Both the position numbers and the translations under genes were made by a program. The notes below the pieces were generated by a model, which was not told where the DNA came from, searched no databases, and worked only from the letters and a program-made list of their open reading frames with translations. 64,000 nucleotides of DNA from Somniosus microcephalus (taxonomy: Eukaryota), in contig CM126215.1 of the NCBI GenBank assembly GCA_052327205.1, forward strand, positions 77,686,001 to 77,750,000, in the 5' to 3' direction. Of the stretch, positions 60,050 through 64,000 are shown piece after piece. Position 1 is the stretch's first letter. Every line of letters starts with the position of its first letter.

Positions 60050-62483
60050 AAAGCGTTTAGCAAAGCCTTTCTTTCAGTTGTTTACACACAATCCAATTAA
60101 CATAACTCATGGTGAAGCACATCTTCAGCCATTTGTTGGTGATGCAATTATGACAAATATAATGCACAACTCTTATGGCTCTTTTGCTCTCCAAAGAAAA
60201 AATAATGTCAACCACTATTTTTCAAATGGCAATACTCCTTTAATGGTGTAATTTATATCAGTAACTAGAATAAATGTCAATATAGGTTCTGTCAGTTGGC
60301 TGAAGTGCCAAGTAAACAGCATCATTAAGCATCAATTTTTCCTCCCCTCTAGCTTAGGCATGCTTTGTGTGAGGTTATTCTTTATTTAATAAGTGTATTC
60401 TGCTAAATTGTTACCATCTGGTCATGCACAATAGCTAACATTGCAAGCTCAACACTAACAAAACCTTATTGGACAGTTTACTAACTTTATTTTCTTGCTC
60501 AGAATTTAAACAATAAATGACAGACAAGCTTTAAAAGTCACATTATCTGGGTGAACGATGTGTCGGTTTATACTGTACCATTGGTTGAATGTCATTCCAA
60601 CCTTGTACACTGTGCAGGAAATCCCATTGGGTAACATTTCTAATTCATGTGGTACTAAATAGGCCATGGGCAGAGTTCCAAACTTCTAGACAGGGTGCTG
60701 CAGATCACAGCTGTCCCTCCCTGACTCCCAAATGAAATAGGAGCAAGAGAGAGACTGACTGTAGCAATCTGTCAATAGTGCTGCTAATCGATTTGTGCCA
60801 CTTACTGGCTGGAAGATTTCATTTTTGGATCAGCTCTACAGACTGAAGCTTCTGTCAATTATTATACAATATTCTAGAATAGTGTGAAATAAGAAATGAT
60901 CTTTGGTGTTGTATACTATAATATTCACAAATGTGGATTTATCAAAAGTGATTTTGCCAGTGTATGAAAGACAAGAAGCTTTCTTTTTTGGCTTTGGGGC
61001 AATATGGTGAAGTAATTTCAGTTCAATGTACTTTCTTTTTTTTAAATAGACAATTTATGAACAATCTCCTTTTAGGCTAATACATTATTTTCAACATTAC
61101 ATGGAACCCTCAATAAGGCTTAACGTTTCAGGTTGGATGAAGGCTCTGACTTGTGCCTAACTAGTATCAGGGATAAACTCTGCTAGTAAACAACCACACC
61201 TAGAGAATGAGGGTGAACGCCTATTTGCTCTTGGATGTTGAACCAAGCTACCAACATTTAAATAAGTGAATAGTGACAGAGCACACAGAAATACACTGCC
61301 AGCACTGAGCTATTTATTGAGTGACAGCTTCAGGTCGATGTCCAGGAGTGGAACAGATGCTGTTCTCCTTTGACACAATAGAGCCATTTGCTAATAGAAC
61401 TAGTGGTTGGCGTCAGCTGAGAGTGTTTCTGGGGCTCTGCTGACCTGAAAATCAAATCTCCTCAGGGTGCGAGGCGGTGTTGCTAATAATGAATTCTCCG
61501 AATAGTAGGAGATTGCTCATAAATTATACGGCTGAGACATTAAATAGGGATCGCCTTTGCATTGATGAAACTTCCCCTTAGGGTATTATTATCCTTTAAA
61601 ACTATAAAAGTCAAACAGGGTGAATGATTTGCAGCTTGAAAGCGTCATACCAATTTTCCATTCTGCTGCAAGAGAAACAGCTTCTTCAGGTCTTTTGAAT
61701 AGGTGAAGGTGAGTCGGCTTTAAGTACAAAATGTCAGACTGACATCAAGTGTCTCAAGTCTGTTGGTGTCTGCTTAAGCTAAGATTAAACTCTATACACC
61801 ATACAGGAAAGGCCACTGGTTGATATTTTGATTTTGCACATTCTACAGAAAAGGTCAGTAGCTGATATTTCCACACACTGCCTGGACACTACATAAGCGG
61901 AAATTGAATGATGTTTCTAACCTAAACACGGTCTAAAAATTGCCATTAGCTGATATATCTACCTTTATGCAACTCCTAGAAACAGATCATCTGCCTGCAC
62001 TCTCTTCTGGGCAGTGGTGCAGGAGAATTCAAAGATTCAGAAGAAAATTTTAAAAGGGGACCGTCCAAAGGGTTTATGTGAATATATGGAGCAATATAAA
62101 AAGTGTGTGTTCCTGGATAAGCTGTTTATCTGTGTAGGAAATGTACACTTTTGTGTCAGTTTAAAATATAGTTTTGACAGCAGTTGTTTTAAATTGCTGT
62201 TGGCTGGATTGATGGAAACAGTAGAATTTCCTGTATCTTTAATAAGCTAATACAGGGCCTATTGTGTTAGTCTGGTAATGTGTAAATAGCATGAAGCTAT
62301 GAACAAGAGGTTGATAACTGGCAAGAATTTCTCAATCCAAAGGCCTTGTTATTATTCAAGACACATTTCTCAACAATTAACCCATTAGCAAATTTTGATT
62401 TTTATATTAATCTATAACATTTGTACTTGATTGTATTAACTAAATGTTTTGTGTTTGATAGTTTCATTGAATTGCAAATAGAT

Positions 62484-63178
62484 ATAGAATCATTGAATGG
62501 TTACAGCACAGAAGGAGGCCATTCAGCCCATCGAGCCCGTGCCGGCTCTCTGCAAGAGCACTTCAGCTAGTCCCACTCCCCCGCCCTTTCCCTGTAGCCC
62601 TGCAATTTTTTTTCCTTCAGGTACTTATCCAATTCCCTTTTGAAAGCCATGACTGAATCTGCCTCCACCACCCTTTCAGGCAGTGCATTCCAGATCCTAA
62701 TCACTCGCTGCGTAAAAAAGTTTTTCCTTATGTCGCCTTTGGTTCTTCTGCCAATTACCTTAAACCTGTGTCCTCTGGTTCTCGATCCTTCCGCCAATGG
62801 GAACGGTTTCTCTCTATCTACTCTGTCTAGACCCCTCATGATTTTGAACACCTTCATCAAATCTCCTCCCAACCATCTCTGCTTTATGTAGGACAACCCC
62901 AGCATCTCCAGTCTATCCACGTAACTGAAGTCCCTCATCCCTGGAACCATTATTGTAAATCTTTTCTGCACCCTCTCTAAGGCCTTCACATCCTTCCTAA
63001 AGTGCAGTGCCCAGAATTAGACACAATACTCCCGTTGAGGCCGAACCAGTGTTTTATAAAGTATCAACATAACTTCCTTGCTTCTGTACTCTATGCCTCT
63101 ATTTATGAAGCCCAGGATCCTGTATGCTTTTTTAAACGCTTTCTCAACCTGCCCTGCCACCTTCAATGATTTGTGCAC
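62484..63178 (-). mobile_element. CR1 LINE 3' portion, interrupted by a Gypsy element
   Basis: ORF 62567-62989 KALERVQKRFT...SRTRGHRFKV...WNALPERVVEA and tail. Confidence 0.9.
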
Positions 63179-64000
63179 TGATGCGCCATCAATTACTCAA
63201 AAGACTGAGGTTAAGCGAGTAACAACCAGGCTTTTATTAACTAAAGAATGAAGGTCTAGTCTCGAGTGGTCGACCCGTCCAGAATACTAAGGGACTGGGA
63301 GGTAGTCACTTATATACCTGGAATAGTGGGAGGAGTCAGCCGAGGCATGTCCAGACCTGTACCTAGTGGAATACACATACACATACAGACAGGTATACCA
63401 GTGGTTTACCACATTCACCCCTTGTTTAAAAATGAGTCCAGCGGGGTGAAGTGTATTTAAAAGTTCGTGTATTGGAGTCTCTCCGGAGGTCTTGTCTGCC
63501 ACTGTGATCGACGTGGCGACGGCAGGGGTGGTAGAGCTTCCGGCGTCGCGTCCCGTGTAGGCTGGGGCACTGGAGTGTAGTCCTCGTGGGTGACGGTCCA
63601 AGGCGAGCCGGCTGCTGGGGTTGGATATTGGGTCGTGGGGGGGTGGTAATGGGTAGTGGGTTACAGCGGTCCCCGAGGGTGTCGTGGGGGGGGGTGGTAA
63701 TGGGTAGTGGGTTACAGCGGTCCCCGAGGGTGCGAGGTCTCGTATGGAGACTGTGTCCTCCCGCCCGTCCGGGTACGCAATGTAAGCGTACTGGGGGTTG
63801 GTGTGGAGGAGGTCAACCCTCTCGACCAGGGGGCCCATTTTATTGGTCCTCACGTGTCTTCTCAGTAGTACCGGCCCTGGGGACGTCAGCCATGGCGGTA
63901 ACGCTGTCCCCGATGTGGACTTCCTTGGGAAGACAAACATTTTCTCGTGAGGGGTGGCATTGGTGGCAGTGCAGAGCAGTGACCGAATCGAGTGGAGCGC
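63179..64000 (-). mobile_element. Gypsy/Ty3 LTR retrotransposon 3' end (integrase C-terminus, PPT, 235-bp 3' LTR 63179-63413)
   Basis: Minus strand ALHSIRSLLCTATNATPHEKMF...PGPVLLRRHVR...NPQYAYIAYPDGREDTVSIRDLAP; PPT AAGGGGTGAA directly before TGTGG...CATCA; LTR has TATATAA and AATAAA. Confidence 0.88.

Noticed and set aside
48900-62480. Exons of a downstream neighbour gene (e.g. MAB21L3, by mammalian synteny)
   Set aside because: No ORF-track peptide or spliceable segment that I could recognise; short exons could still have been missed by eye.

Overview
Vertebrate genomic DNA, almost certainly from a cartilaginous fish (shark-type HE1/V-SINE, Deu-domain SINEs and HER1/CR1 LINE tails). The only protein-coding gene I can support is a complete 12-exon SLC22A15 (MFS organic cation/zwitterion transporter) on the + strand. 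Its CDS runs 1021-44024 (1635 nt, 544 aa), with a CpG-rich promoter and a probable GC-AG intron 8. The rest is intron, 3' flank and transposon debris: CR1, L2, RTE, SINEs, Tigger-like and hAT MITEs, many PIF/Harbinger derivatives, two solo LTRs with 4-bp TSDs and the 3' end of a Gypsy element. The most striking structure lies just downstream of the stop codon: three Penelope-derived inserts, each carrying a minimal hammerhead-ribozyme motif. Two are near-perfect fold-back palindromes, and the copies show compensatory base changes in stem I, stem II and the core 3-8 pair. All coordinates were read by eye; no searches were run, and family names and human comparisons are from memory.
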